Below, piece after piece: positions 1 through 9,644 of a stretch of DNA of 33,545 nt. Numbering within the stretch: position 1 is the stretch's first letter; every line of letters begins with the position of its first letter. The notes beneath the pieces are model-generated. The model searched no databases. It saw only the letters and a program-made list of their open reading frames with translations, and was not told the origin of the DNA. A program made the position numbers and the translations under genes. This DNA comes from Patescibacteria group bacterium (GTDB lineage Bacteria > Patescibacteriota > Minisyncoccia > Phycocordibacterales > Phycocordibacteraceae), in NCBI GenBank assembly GCA_018826405.1, contig JAHJZL010000048.1, positions 1-33,545 on the forward strand. The letters are read 5' to 3'.

Positions 1-92
1 AGCCTGTGCTCATGCTCTTCATTGGAACGGTTGTTGGTATCTTTGCGATGTCGATGATCTCTCCGATCTACTCTCTCTCGGACAAGATTTAA
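1..92 (+). CDS. 3' end of a PilC/GspF-family pilus/secretion platform protein (partial)
   Basis: Frame 3 reads PVLMLFIGTVVGIFAMSMISPIYSLSDKI* and ends at TAA 90-92. The hydrophobic C-terminal TM segment is typical of GspF/PilC. It lies directly upstream of three pilin-like genes. Confidence 0.55.
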   Translation, partial: PVLMLFIGTVVGIFAMSMISPIYSLSDKI

Positions 93-127
93 AAGGGAGC
101 CGGCGGGTGCGTTATCATACGTACTAT

Positions 128-1591
128 ATGAAAGTGCAGCGCGGCATGACGCTTATTGATGTGTTGGTAGGTTCTGCACTCGTGCTCATTGTTTTTCTTA
201 CCTTGCTCGGACTCCTGCGCGCATCACTACTTATCTCTTCTTCTGCAAAAGCAAAGGCAGGAGCAACTGCTGTTGCTACTACGCAAATGGAGTATTTGCG
301 CTCTCTGCCGTATGCGTCTGTGGGGACTGTTGGGGGAATTCCTGCAGGACTTATTCCGCAGAGCGCAACGACAACTATGAACGGCATTCCGTATACCATC
401 AGAACATTCGTGTCCTATGTAGATGATGCGAAGGACGGGACGGGAGCAGGTGACTCAAACGGCATCCCTGCAGACTATAAGCAAGCGAAAGTGGCCGTGA
501 CGTACACGTTCCGGGAAACGATTAGAGAAGTTGCGCTTATTTCAAACATTGCACCTCCGTCTCTTGAGACAACGGCAGGAGGAGGAACTCTCCGGGTAAG
601 TGTCGTAAACGCCTCTGGTATTGCCGTGTCTGGAGCATCAGTACGGATTCAAAACACGTCCCTTATACCGACTGTAGACATAACAACGTTCTCTGACGCG
701 AGCGGGGCCACAGCGTTTCCCGGTGCACCAACGTCAACTGAGTATCAGATTTCTGTAACAAAGTCCGGGTACTCAAGCGCGCAGACGTACACACGTGACG
801 GAACGAATCAGAATCCAACACCTGGGTATTTAACGGTTGTTGCGAATCAAACAACATCAAGTACGTTTGCAATTGATTCACTTGTTCCGTTTACGATACG
901 TACGTTCTACCCCATTCGTGCGGCAACAACGACAGATACGTTTACAACTAGTTCTGGACTTTCGTCTATGACGAACACACAGGTTGCAGGGGGAGCACTC
1001 TCGCTTTCAGGAGGTGTTGGAAGCTATGCGCTTTCGGGAAGTGCGCGTTCCACAAGCACACAGCCAACGTATCTCTCAGCTTGGACAAACGTTTCAGGAA
1101 CGCGTAATGCGCCCGCAGGCACTTCAGTACGCATCCATGTTGCGGATGGAAGTGGGACGCTGATACCCGATGCAGTACTCGCAGGCAATGCAACAGGATT
1201 CCTGAATTTCCCAATTAGTCTTTCGGGAGTTTCAACATCTACGTATCCTGCGCTAAGTCTGGTAACTGAGCTCAGTACAAACAGTGCATCGAGCACTTCG
1301 CAAATTCTTGATTGGTCTTTTGTATATGACGAAGGTCCGATTCCTGTACCGAATGTTCCGTTCACGCTCACGGGTGCAAAGAAGAAGGGAACAACAGGGG
1401 AGGGTGCAGCAATTTACAAAACAATTGTTTCAAGCACTACTGACTCTGCTGGCGCGCGCTACATTCCGTTTGAGTGGGATGTGTATACGCTCTCAGGTGT
1501 AACAGGCTATACCGTTGCAAGTTCTTCTGTGGCATCCCCGTACACCCTTACCCCAGGAGTTCCATTTGATGTATCACTATTTCTTCAATAA
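128..1591 (+). CDS. large pilin-like protein with a prepilin-type N-terminus, a Ser/Thr-rich exterior and a carboxypeptidase-regulatory-like segment
   Basis: ORF 107-1591. ATG 128 gives leader MKVQRG followed by MTLIDVLVGSALVLIVFL, which matches the prepilin cleavage/methylation pattern plus a hydrophobic helix. GTLRVSVVNASG..VRIQN..TDASG..YQISVTKSGY resembles a CarboxypepD_reg fold. Confidence 0.7.
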   Translation: MKVQRGMTLIDVLVGSALVLIVFLTLLGLLRASLLISSSAKAKAGATAVATTQMEYLRSLPYASVGTVGGIPAGLIPQSATTTMNGIPYTIRTFVSYVDDAKDGTGAGDSNGIPADYKQAKVAVTYTFRETIREVALISNIAPPSLETTAGGGTLRVSVVNASGIAVSGASVRIQNTSLIPTVDITTFSDASGATAFPGAPTSTEYQISVTKSGYSSAQTYTRDGTNQNPTPGYLTVVANQTTSSTFAIDSLVPFTIRTFYPIRAATTTDTFTTSSGLSSMTNTQVAGGALSLSGGVGSYALSGSARSTSTQPTYLSAWTNVSGTRNAPAGTSVRIHVADGSGTLIPDAVLAGNATGFLNFPISLSGVSTSTYPALSLVTELSTNSASSTSQILDWSFVYDEGPIPVPNVPFTLTGAKKKGTTGEGAAIYKTIVSSTTDSAGARYIPFEWDVYTLSGVTGYTVASSSVASPYTLTPGVPFDVSLFLQ

Positions 1592-1593
1592 GT

Positions 1594-2175
1594 ATGAAAC
1601 GCGGATTTACTCTAACTGAGACGATAGTTGTTGTAGCGATACTCGCTGTAGTAGGTGTAGGCCTGCTCACGATGATCTCGTACTTCTATAGATCAAATGC
1701 GTATGTGCTAGAGCAGACCACTGCACTTGATAGTGCGCATAGAGGAATTAATGAAGCCTTCGGGATTTTAAGAGAAGCCTCCTACGGAGAAGACGGGTCT
1801 TTCCCGCTCGCTGCTGCAGCAACATCGACGATTACTTTTTATAGCGACATAGATGTAGATACACCTGTGGAACGCATTCGGCTGTACCTTTCAAACGGAA
1901 CTATGTATCAGGGCGTAACAAATTCTACGGGTAACCCGCCGTCCTATGCTGGACAACCAGAGACTACGTATACGATTGCAACGTATGTGAAGAACGCAGC
2001 GAGTACTCCAATTTTCAGATACTACAATGCAGCGGGAACGGAGCTAACAGGAACTATAAATCTTGCTGACGTTGCGTCTGTAAGGCTGCGTCTGGATGTG
2101 GATCTCAATCCACTTCGTGCGCCAAACATACTAACCATCGAGCAGAGCGCAACGCTCAGAAACTTGAGATACTAA
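1594..2175 (+). CDS. prepilin-type N-terminal cleavage/methylation domain protein (minor pilin-like)
   Basis: The N-terminus MKRG|FTLTETIVVVAILAVVGVGLL carries the canonical G-FTL-x-E pilin signature. Confidence 0.8.
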   Translation: MKRGFTLTETIVVVAILAVVGVGLLTMISYFYRSNAYVLEQTTALDSAHRGINEAFGILREASYGEDGSFPLAAAATSTITFYSDIDVDTPVERIRLYLSNGTMYQGVTNSTGNPPSYAGQPETTYTIATYVKNAASTPIFRYYNAAGTELTGTINLADVASVRLRLDVDLNPLRAPNILTIEQSATLRNLRY

Positions 2176-2179
2176 TAGT

Positions 2180-3616
2180 ATGAAAAGACCTGCACCAGTC
2201 CGCGGCTACCTCATGCTTCTCGCACTCGTATTCGGTGCGGTATTCATCACGGTACTTGGTGCACTCTCAGGCTACGTGCTTACAGAGAACCGCGCACAGT
2301 CTACGGCAACAGCAGGGAGCAGAGGCTTTGCGATCGCAGAGGCGGGACTTGAGTACTATCGATGGTTTCTTGCACACTATCCAGACGATCTTACAAACGG
2401 AACTGGAGGCGCGGGCCCCTACACGATTCCTTATAACGATCCCGAGGGAGGACAAACTGGAACAATATCACTTGATATTTCTGGCAACACATCTTGCGGA
2501 CAGACAACGTCTATAGACATTCGCTCAACAGGCACACCGATTGAACAACAGAATGCTTCAAAAACTATTGTGGCTCGGTACGCCCGGCCCACCGTTGCTC
2601 GTTTCTCATACGTACTTAACAGTAGTGTCTGGGCAGGAGACGATCGCATTATTAATGGACCGTACCATAGCAACGGAGGTATTCGCATGGACGGAACTGC
2701 GAATGCGCCAGTAACAAGTTCTTTGTCTACGTGGCTGTGTACTTCATCATTTGGCTGTTCTCCAAACCAGACTAAGAACGGTGTATGGGGAAGCGGGGGA
2801 ATTCAAAGTCTTTGGAACTTCCCCGTGCCGCAAGTTGATTTTGCCGGCATAGCTGCAGACTTCAGTACACTTAAGGCAACAGCAAACGCGAGTGGCTTAT
2901 ACCTTGCTCGCTACAGCTCAGGGACAAACACAAATAATTCGAAGTATTGGAGAGGGTACCATCTTATTTTTAATGGCAACGGCACGGTTACGGTGCGACG
3001 TGTGTCCGATACTACGTCACTCTCCTTTGTTGGAGTTAATGCGGAGGATACCGTAGATCGTACGCTTATTTCTTCAGAAAGTTTTTATAGCACCTATACG
3101 CTTCCTGCAGACTGCGGGCTTATCTTTGTTGAAGATAATGTGTGGGTAGAGGGAGTAGTTGATCGGAAGGTAACACTCGTTGCGGCAAACATAACTACTA
3201 CGGGTATCGCTCCGAGCGCAGTACTAAAGGACAGTATTACTTATGCAGCAACAGATGGCACAGACGGACTTACGCTTATTGCAGAGAATAATGTGCTGAT
3301 AGCTCCAGACTCGCCTCAGAACATGACGCTGAACGGAATCTTTGTGGCGCAGGGCGGGGCTTTTGGACGAAACCTATATTCATGTCCGAGTTCTTATGAA
3401 CCGCGGGGGACACTTACAATTCTTGGAACAACAGTTTCTAACCTACGCACAGGAACGCAGTGGCAAAACGGGTGTTACTCCTGGTGGACTGGGTACAGTG
3501 ACGGAGGTTATCAGTCTCGTATTGATGCTTTTGATAGGAATCTCTCAACAGATCCGCCCCCATTTACACCAACAACATCAACAGACTACGAATTTGTAGA
3601 CTGGCGAGAAGAGTAA
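2180..3616 (+). CDS. membrane-anchored pilus-associated protein (PilX-N-like anchor, large extracellular domain)
   Basis: N-terminal MKRPAPVRGYLMLLALVFGAVFITVLGAL anchor. It lies in the same operon, 4 nt after the pilin gene. No catalytic motif was recognised. Confidence 0.55.
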   Translation: MKRPAPVRGYLMLLALVFGAVFITVLGALSGYVLTENRAQSTATAGSRGFAIAEAGLEYYRWFLAHYPDDLTNGTGGAGPYTIPYNDPEGGQTGTISLDISGNTSCGQTTSIDIRSTGTPIEQQNASKTIVARYARPTVARFSYVLNSSVWAGDDRIINGPYHSNGGIRMDGTANAPVTSSLSTWLCTSSFGCSPNQTKNGVWGSGGIQSLWNFPVPQVDFAGIAADFSTLKATANASGLYLARYSSGTNTNNSKYWRGYHLIFNGNGTVTVRRVSDTTSLSFVGVNAEDTVDRTLISSESFYSTYTLPADCGLIFVEDNVWVEGVVDRKVTLVAANITTTGIAPSAVLKDSITYAATDGTDGLTLIAENNVLIAPDSPQNMTLNGIFVAQGGAFGRNLYSCPSSYEPRGTLTILGTTVSNLRTGTQWQNGCYSWWTGYSDGGYQSRIDAFDRNLSTDPPPFTPTTSTDYEFVDWREE

Positions 3617-3639
3617 TTGCTTCGTGCTAGGATTCAAGG

Positions 3640-4377
3640 ATGTTGATCATCGGAAATTGGAAGGCATATATTGAATCTGCAACTAAAGCAAAGGCGCTTG
3701 TAGCCTCTGCCAAGCGTCTCTCAGTAAAGAGCACACATGAGCTCGTACATGCACCAGCCTATCCATATATAGGTATGTTCTCTGGAGTTAAGGGAATTAT
3801 TCTCGCAGCTCAAGATGTGTCTGAAACAACGGGAGGCGCACAGACCGGAGAAGTTGCTGCAGGACAGCTTGCAGATCTTGGTGTTACGTATGTACTAGCA
3901 GGACATTCAGAGCGCAGAGCACAAGGAGAGAGCAATGCAGTAATCCTAGAAAAGGTACGACACATATTTGCGCACGGCATGATCCCCGTGTTGTGTATCG
4001 GAGAACGAGAGCGTGATACTGATGCGCTGTATTTGAAGGAAGTGCGGCAGCAGATCAGTAGTGTTGTCGAGGCACTCTCGTCAAAGGAGCGATTGCAGCT
4101 CGTTATTGCATACGAGCCGGTCTGGGCTATTGGAAAGACAGAAGCTGACGCTATTACTGCAGGAGATCTTGCAGAGATGGTTCTCTACATCAGGAAGATT
4201 CTCTCAGACTTTATTCCAGGACGCGCAAATGCGAAGGTGCGTGTCTTGTATGGAGGGTCTGTCGATGCGGGAAATATACGTATGCTTGCGAGCGGCACTG
4301 GTGTTGAAGGGTTTCTCGTTGGACGAGCAAGTACTGATGTGACTACTTTCTCTGGGCTTGTTAAGGCTCTTGCGTAG
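3640..4377 (+). CDS. tpiA: triosephosphate isomerase
   Basis: Motifs IIGNWKAY, AGHSERR, AYEPVWAIGK and YGGSV. Confidence 0.92.
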   Translation: MLIIGNWKAYIESATKAKALVASAKRLSVKSTHELVHAPAYPYIGMFSGVKGIILAAQDVSETTGGAQTGEVAAGQLADLGVTYVLAGHSERRAQGESNAVILEKVRHIFAHGMIPVLCIGERERDTDALYLKEVRQQISSVVEALSSKERLQLVIAYEPVWAIGKTEADAITAGDLAEMVLYIRKILSDFIPGRANAKVRVLYGGSVDAGNIRMLASGTGVEGFLVGRASTDVTTFSGLVKALA

Positions 4378-4405
4378 TACGCTGACTTTAAACACGTAAT
4401 CTTAC

Positions 4406-5104
4406 ATGCGTATTCTATATATTTCCTTAGGAATTCTTGGGCTGGTACTTCTTTGTTACTGGGCTATAAATTTTTACCTAACCGTTCAAGTCTCTAAGAA
4501 AATAATTGAGAATACCGTTCCCTATACTAAAGAAGGAGAGGGAGATGCAGTCTTAGTTCTTGGAGACAGTACTGCAGTTGGTATCGGTGCTCGGGTGCCT
4601 GAAGAAAGTGTGGCAGGACTGGTTGCTGAATATATAGGTGCGGGCTCTCTTGAAAACTATGCGCGTTCAGGAGCAGAAGTTAAAGATTTGAGTGAGCAGA
4701 TCACTCGCGCACAAAGAAGCGAGTACAGACTTATTCTTATACAGATAGGTGGCAACGATATTATTAGATTCCATTCCGCAAAAGAGACAGCGAGAGAGCT
4801 CGCAGAAGTTTTACAGGAGCTGCCTACGTCTGAGAAAGTTGTAGTTATTAGTGCGGGAGACGTAGGAGGGGCGACGCTGTTCCCGTATCCCGTGCGACCA
4901 TTCCATACGAGACTCAACAAGAAGTTTCACGCAGCCTTTGAAGAAGTTGTTACAGCCGCAGGGCACACGTATGTAAACTTCGGGAAATCACCAGCAACTC
5001 AGAAGATTAATAACGACCCGAAGACGTACCTGTCAGCAGACGGATTGCATCCTTCTTCTGCAGGGTACAAACTTTGGTTTGAAGATATTCGTCCAGAACT
5101 CTAA
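4406..5104 (+). CDS. SGNH/GDSL-family hydrolase with an N-terminal membrane anchor
   Basis: Blocks VLVLGDSTAVG, IQIGGNDI and DGLHPSSAGY (the Ser, Gly, Asn and Asp-x-x-His blocks). Confidence 0.75.
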   Translation: MRILYISLGILGLVLLCYWAINFYLTVQVSKKIIENTVPYTKEGEGDAVLVLGDSTAVGIGARVPEESVAGLVAEYIGAGSLENYARSGAEVKDLSEQITRAQRSEYRLILIQIGGNDIIRFHSAKETARELAEVLQELPTSEKVVVISAGDVGGATLFPYPVRPFHTRLNKKFHAAFEEVVTAAGHTYVNFGKSPATQKINNDPKTYLSADGLHPSSAGYKLWFEDIRPEL

Positions 5105-5125
5105 AGATTCGTATACACTAAGACT

Positions 5126-6259
5126 ATGAGAACAGTTCGCTCTATTAAGAAACTTGAAGGCATTCCTGTACTCGTGCGTGCTGCGTTGAATGTACCGATT
5201 GAGTCAGGAAAAGTCTCGGGGAGTTTCAGGCTGAAGCAAGCACTTCCTACAATTGAATATCTGCGCGAGCGACACGCACGCGTTGTCCTAATTGGGCACA
5301 TTGGAGACCAGGGTACGGAGTCACTTGAGCCTGTGTATCAGGCACTCAAAAAGATGGTTCCTGGACTGCAGTTCTGTCCTGTTACAACAGGACCAGCAGC
5401 ACGAGCTGCAGTGCGCGCATTGTCTCCGGGCGGAGTCTTGATGTTGGAGAACCTGCGCAGGGACGTGGGAGAGAAAAAGAATACGAAATCATTTGCAGCA
5501 GCACTTGCAGACCTTGCAGATATTTTTGTGCAGGATTCCTTTGATGTGTGTCACCGTGCGCACGCGTCTGTGGTTGGAGTCCCTGAGTATCTCCCGTCCT
5601 ATGCGGGGCTTCTAGTTGAGACGGAAGTTAAAGAACTCAAGAAAGCACTGAAGCCAAAGAAACCCTCTCTCGCAATTATCGGAGGAGCAAAGTTTGCTAC
5701 AAAAGAACCAGTGCTAAAGAAACTACTTTCCGTATATGACCGCGTCTATGTTGGAGGCGCGCTTGCAAATGATTTTGCAGTTGCGGAAGGGTTGCCGGTT
5801 GGAAAGTCTCTTGTATCGGGAGCGAATCGATCAGAGATTCGCGCACTCGTAAGTAATAGAAAGTTAAGCCTTCCACTTGATTATGTTGTTGCGCCACACG
5901 GAGGGACAAGAGAGCAGGGACGTATTGCGGCGGTACGAGACGTACAAGCTTCCGAAGCTATTTTAGATAATGGTCCAAAGACAGTAGCTATGTTGAGTGA
6001 GCGCGTTGCAAAGGCAAAGACTATCGTTTGGAATGGGCCGCTTGGAAATTACGAAAACGGTTTCACAACGGCAACTGAGGATCTTGCAAAAGTAATTGCA
6101 AGCTCAGGAGCACATTCAATTGTGGGTGGCGGAGATACAGTTGCTGCAATAGAGAAAGTACGCGTATCTAATAAGTTCTCATTTATATCAACAGGCGGGG
6201 GAGCGATGTTGGACTTCCTGTCTAAGGGAACGCTTCCAGGAATTGAAGCGCTGCGCTAA
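5126..6259 (+). CDS. pgk: phosphoglycerate kinase
   Basis: Motifs RAALNVP, LENLRR, FVQDSFDVCHRAHAS, GGAKFATK, WNGPLG and GGGDT. Confidence 0.92.
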   Translation: MRTVRSIKKLEGIPVLVRAALNVPIESGKVSGSFRLKQALPTIEYLRERHARVVLIGHIGDQGTESLEPVYQALKKMVPGLQFCPVTTGPAARAAVRALSPGGVLMLENLRRDVGEKKNTKSFAAALADLADIFVQDSFDVCHRAHASVVGVPEYLPSYAGLLVETEVKELKKALKPKKPSLAIIGGAKFATKEPVLKKLLSVYDRVYVGGALANDFAVAEGLPVGKSLVSGANRSEIRALVSNRKLSLPLDYVVAPHGGTREQGRIAAVRDVQASEAILDNGPKTVAMLSERVAKAKTIVWNGPLGNYENGFTTATEDLAKVIASSGAHSIVGGGDTVAAIEKVRVSNKFSFISTGGGAMLDFLSKGTLPGIEALR

Positions 6260-6666
6260 CTGAGCTCTTTTCGAATACGTGCCGCTATATCTTTTGCCTC
6301 CTCTGAGGCATAAGTAGTTTTTGGCCACACCTCAAACGCATTTCTCTCCATGCGTGGAATGATGTGCATGTGTAGATGAAATACTACTTGGCCAGCCTCG
6401 GGCTCGTGGTTTGAATTTACGTGTACGCCCTTGGCGCCAACGCTGTCACGAACTGCTGGACTGATTTTGCGTACGGTACGCATAACTGCTGCAAGCGTTT
6501 CATCATCTACATCAAAGATGTTTCGCACGGCCTTTTTGGGAATAACGAGGGTGTGGCCCGGGGAAACGGGCTCAATATCAAGAAAAGCGAGGGTCTCTTC
6601 ATCTTCATACACAATCTCTGCTGGCAATTCTCTGCGGATAATCTTTCCGAATACTGTGTCTTCCAT
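6256..6666 (-). CDS. HIT-family (histidine triad) nucleotide hydrolase
   Basis: HLHMHIIP histidine triad. The N-terminus MEDTVFGKIIRRELPAEIVYEDE is typical of HinT, so I start at the internal Met at 6666 rather than 6714. Confidence 0.85.
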   Translation of the reverse strand: MEDTVFGKIIRRELPAEIVYEDEETLAFLDIEPVSPGHTLVIPKKAVRNIFDVDDETLAAVMRTVRKISPAVRDSVGAKGVHVNSNHEPEAGQVVFHLHMHIIPRMERNAFEVWPKTTYASEEAKDIAARIRKELS

Positions 6667-6697
6667 ATATAGGAAACGATACCGCAGGAGAGCCATT

Positions 6698-6706
6698 TGG
6701 TACAAT
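6698..6706 (+). promoter_or_regulatory. extended -10 element TGgTACAAT for recJ, giving a very short leader
   Basis: TGG TACAAT ends 11 nt before the recJ ATG at 6718. No SD lies between them. Confidence 0.4.
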
Positions 6707-6717
6707 GCGCACACTAT

Positions 6718-8499
6718 ATGTTTCCTCTTTTTAAAGAACTTGATGCAGATGTACGTGAAGAGCTTAGGGCGTACGACGATTTTACTGCAGCACTTTTAGT
6801 TCGCCGCGGACTCATAACCAAGGAAGATGCAGAAGCATTCTTAAGTCCCTCCTACGACGAGCATATTCATGATCCGATGCTCATGACGGATATGCCAAAG
6901 GCGGCGAAAAGACTCGCTGAGGCTATAGCGAGCAAGGAAAAGATTGCAGTGTGGAGCGATTACGATTGCGACGGTATTCCGGGTGGAGTACTACTGCATG
7001 ACTTTCTAAAAAAAACAGGAGCTAATTTTGTTAACTACATTCCGCACCGACATAACGAAGGGTATGGAGTTAATATTCCTGGACTTGAGTCCTTGGCGCG
7101 TGACGGAGTTACGCTCGTGGTTACGGTTGATTCAGGAATTGTAGACAATGTTCCGGTTGCACATGCTGCAACACTTGGCATGGAAGTCATCGTTACCGAT
7201 CACCACCTGCCTCAGGAGAGTTTGCCGCCTGCATTTGCAGTGTTGAATCCAAACGCAAGATCAGATGAAACGTATCCATACAAAAGTTTATGCGGAGCGG
7301 GAGTTGCGTGGAAGCTTGTGTGCGCAACTCTTGCAGTCGGATTTCCTGGAAGAGAGTTGATTCCTGAAGGATGGGAGAAGTGGCTTCTGGATATGGCAGG
7401 TCTTTCAACAATTGCAGACATGGTTCCGTTAACGGGAGAGAATCGCGTTCTTGCTACGTACGGACTTCTTGTTATGCGTAAGTCTCCACGTATTGGATTT
7501 CAGAAGTTGTGTAAGGCAGCGAGAGTGCAGCAATCAAAGATAACAGAGGATGATGTGGGTTTTATGATTGGTCCGCGCATTAATGCAGCATCGCGCATGG
7601 GAGATCCGCGCGATGCGTTCCTGCTTCTTTCAACGAGCGACGAAGCGGAAGCTGATGTACTTGCAAAGAAGTTGGAGTCTCTAAATAGATCACGCCGTGC
7701 GTCTGCGGGGGCTATTACGCGAGCAGTGCATGAGCGTCTTGAAGAACGTAAGGCGCTTGGAACACTGCCTGCAGTTATTGCACTTGGGGATCCTGATTGG
7801 AGACCGGGTCTTTTGGGGCTTGTTGCAAACGGTATTGCAGAGGAATACGGCAAGCCTACATTCCTCTGGGGAAGAGAGGGAAATGACACAATAAAAGGAT
7901 CGTGCAGAAGCGGCCCCGGGAAAGTGCATCTCCTAAATCTAATGACTGCGGCAAAGGATGCATTTTTAGAGTTTGGAGGGCACGCCGCGTCAGGAGGATT
8001 CTCCGTTGCCCCAGATGCAGTCTTCTCTCTGGAAGAACATTTGTCTGAAGCATTCGCACACTTGCCAGAACAAGAGAGAACAGAAGAAGAGGCAGACCAA
8101 CATATTAGTCCTGAACAGGCTACGACAAAACTTTTAAAGTCTTTGGAGAAGTTCGCGCCGTTTGGCATGGGAAACCCAAAGCCAACATTTGCACTGCACG
8201 ACGTGCGTGTCGAAGCAGTTTCATGGTTTGGAAAATCCAGCGAGCATCTTCGGCTGCATATTGGGCGCGGGCATGAGGAATTTCCAGACCCTTCGCTTGA
8301 GGCAATAACATTTTTCGCCCGTAGAGAGTTTGGAGATGCGTGCGAGCAATTAGTTGCTGGAAAAAAGATTCATATTCTTGCGCACTTAGAGCGAGATCAG
8401 TTTACGCGTGGACAGCCTGTACGATTACGAATTGTTTCTATGCGGAGCAATCGTTGCCGGGAGGAAGCGGTAGTGCATAGAATGGACAACAGGTCTTAG
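6718..8499 (+). CDS. recJ: single-stranded-DNA-specific exonuclease RecJ
   Basis: DHH-family motifs DYDCDGI, VTVDSG, TDHH and GGHAASGG. The start was chosen at ATG 6718 to avoid overlap with the divergent HIT gene. Confidence 0.85.
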   Translation: MFPLFKELDADVREELRAYDDFTAALLVRRGLITKEDAEAFLSPSYDEHIHDPMLMTDMPKAAKRLAEAIASKEKIAVWSDYDCDGIPGGVLLHDFLKKTGANFVNYIPHRHNEGYGVNIPGLESLARDGVTLVVTVDSGIVDNVPVAHAATLGMEVIVTDHHLPQESLPPAFAVLNPNARSDETYPYKSLCGAGVAWKLVCATLAVGFPGRELIPEGWEKWLLDMAGLSTIADMVPLTGENRVLATYGLLVMRKSPRIGFQKLCKAARVQQSKITEDDVGFMIGPRINAASRMGDPRDAFLLLSTSDEAEADVLAKKLESLNRSRRASAGAITRAVHERLEERKALGTLPAVIALGDPDWRPGLLGLVANGIAEEYGKPTFLWGREGNDTIKGSCRSGPGKVHLLNLMTAAKDAFLEFGGHAASGGFSVAPDAVFSLEEHLSEAFAHLPEQERTEEEADQHISPEQATTKLLKSLEKFAPFGMGNPKPTFALHDVRVEAVSWFGKSSEHLRLHIGRGHEEFPDPSLEAITFFARREFGDACEQLVAGKKIHILAHLERDQFTRGQPVRLRIVSMRSNRCREEAVVHRMDNRS

Positions 8500-8541
8500 G
8501 GCGAGATCTCCGACCTTTTCCTTATTGCTATACTATTCCTT

Positions 8542-8958
8542 ATGAATTTCACGCTCTATGCTGATGGCGGCTCGCGAGGCAATCCAGGACCTGCTGGTGC
8601 GGGCGCGCTTGTAAGAAATGAGGCAGGAGAAACAGTCGTCGAGGTCTCTGAGTTTCTAGGGAATACAACAAACAACGTCGCTGAATACACTGCAGTTCTT
8701 CTCGCTCTTGAAGCGCTCGCTCAAAAGCTTGGAGCAGCTGCAAAGGATGCAGAGATTTCTGTGCGCCTCGATAGCATGCTCGTTGTCCGTCAGATGTTAA
8801 AGCAATGGAAGCTGAAGAACGAAGGACTTAAGCCTCTCGCAGCGCGTGTAGAGGAACTTGTAAGTTTGTTCAAATCAGTAACGTTTGAGCATGTGTACCG
8901 AGAGTACAACACTGATGCAGACAGGCTTGCTAACAGGGCAATGGATCGAAACAAATAA
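8542..8958 (+). CDS. rnhA: ribonuclease HI
   Basis: YADGGSRGNPGPAGAGA, NNVAEY and a C-terminal DADRLANRA, the RNase H D-E-D-D pattern. Confidence 0.85.
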   Translation: MNFTLYADGGSRGNPGPAGAGALVRNEAGETVVEVSEFLGNTTNNVAEYTAVLLALEALAQKLGAAAKDAEISVRLDSMLVVRQMLKQWKLKNEGLKPLAARVEELVSLFKSVTFEHVYREYNTDADRLANRAMDRNK

Positions 8959-8978
8959 TCGTCTGCGCCTATAGAAGC

Positions 8979-9575
8979 TTAAAGCTGCGCAGTATTGAGT
9001 CGAGACTCAGCAACACTCCAGTTCATATTTTCTAGGAATGCTTCAACATAGGTTTTCTTTTCAGCTGGAACGTAATCAACCATAAAGGCATGTTCCCAGA
9101 GGTCTATGGCAAGAATAATGGGCAAACCAGAGAGCTGTCCGATTTCATGGTCGTTAACGAATGCAGTGTGGAGCGTTCCTGCGACTGCATCGAAGTAGAC
9201 CACAACCCATCCAATGCCTCGAGTCCCTGCAACTTCCTTAAGGTGTGTAACAAACTCATCCCATCCGCCATACTTTTCAGTAGCTGCTGCAAATAGATTT
9301 CCTTCACGCTCTGCAGCTTGGTTACCTCCTACGAATTGGTCGAAGTAGTACTCGTGCATGCGCATGCCATCAAATTCAAATCCAAGGCGACGCCTAAGCT
9401 CTGCAATAATAAATGCATTTTGCTCTGCATTCTCAGAACGCAGGCGCTGAATAGTTTCAAGAATAAGATTCACGTGTTTTACGTACCCCTCGTACAGGGC
9501 GAGGTGTACATCAATTTGTTTTTTAGAAAGACCCTTTAGTTCTGGAAGATCGAAGGTGCGTGCAGTGTAAATCAT
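8979..9575 (-). CDS. Fe/Mn superoxide dismutase family protein (divergent)
   Basis: AIDLWEHAFMVDY matches the D-x-W-E-H-A-Y metal-ligand motif. The N-terminal helical hairpin carries His (VHLALYEGYVKHVN). Confidence 0.72.
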   Translation of the reverse strand: MIYTARTFDLPELKGLSKKQIDVHLALYEGYVKHVNLILETIQRLRSENAEQNAFIIAELRRRLGFEFDGMRMHEYYFDQFVGGNQAAEREGNLFAAATEKYGGWDEFVTHLKEVAGTRGIGWVVVYFDAVAGTLHTAFVNDHEIGQLSGLPIILAIDLWEHAFMVDYVPAEKKTYVEAFLENMNWSVAESRLNTAQL

Positions 9576-9644
9576 AGATATATAGCGTTAGTAGTACCAG
9601 TATACCGTCTCTGCTAATGAGTGTTCTATGAGTATCCTTAGGAC

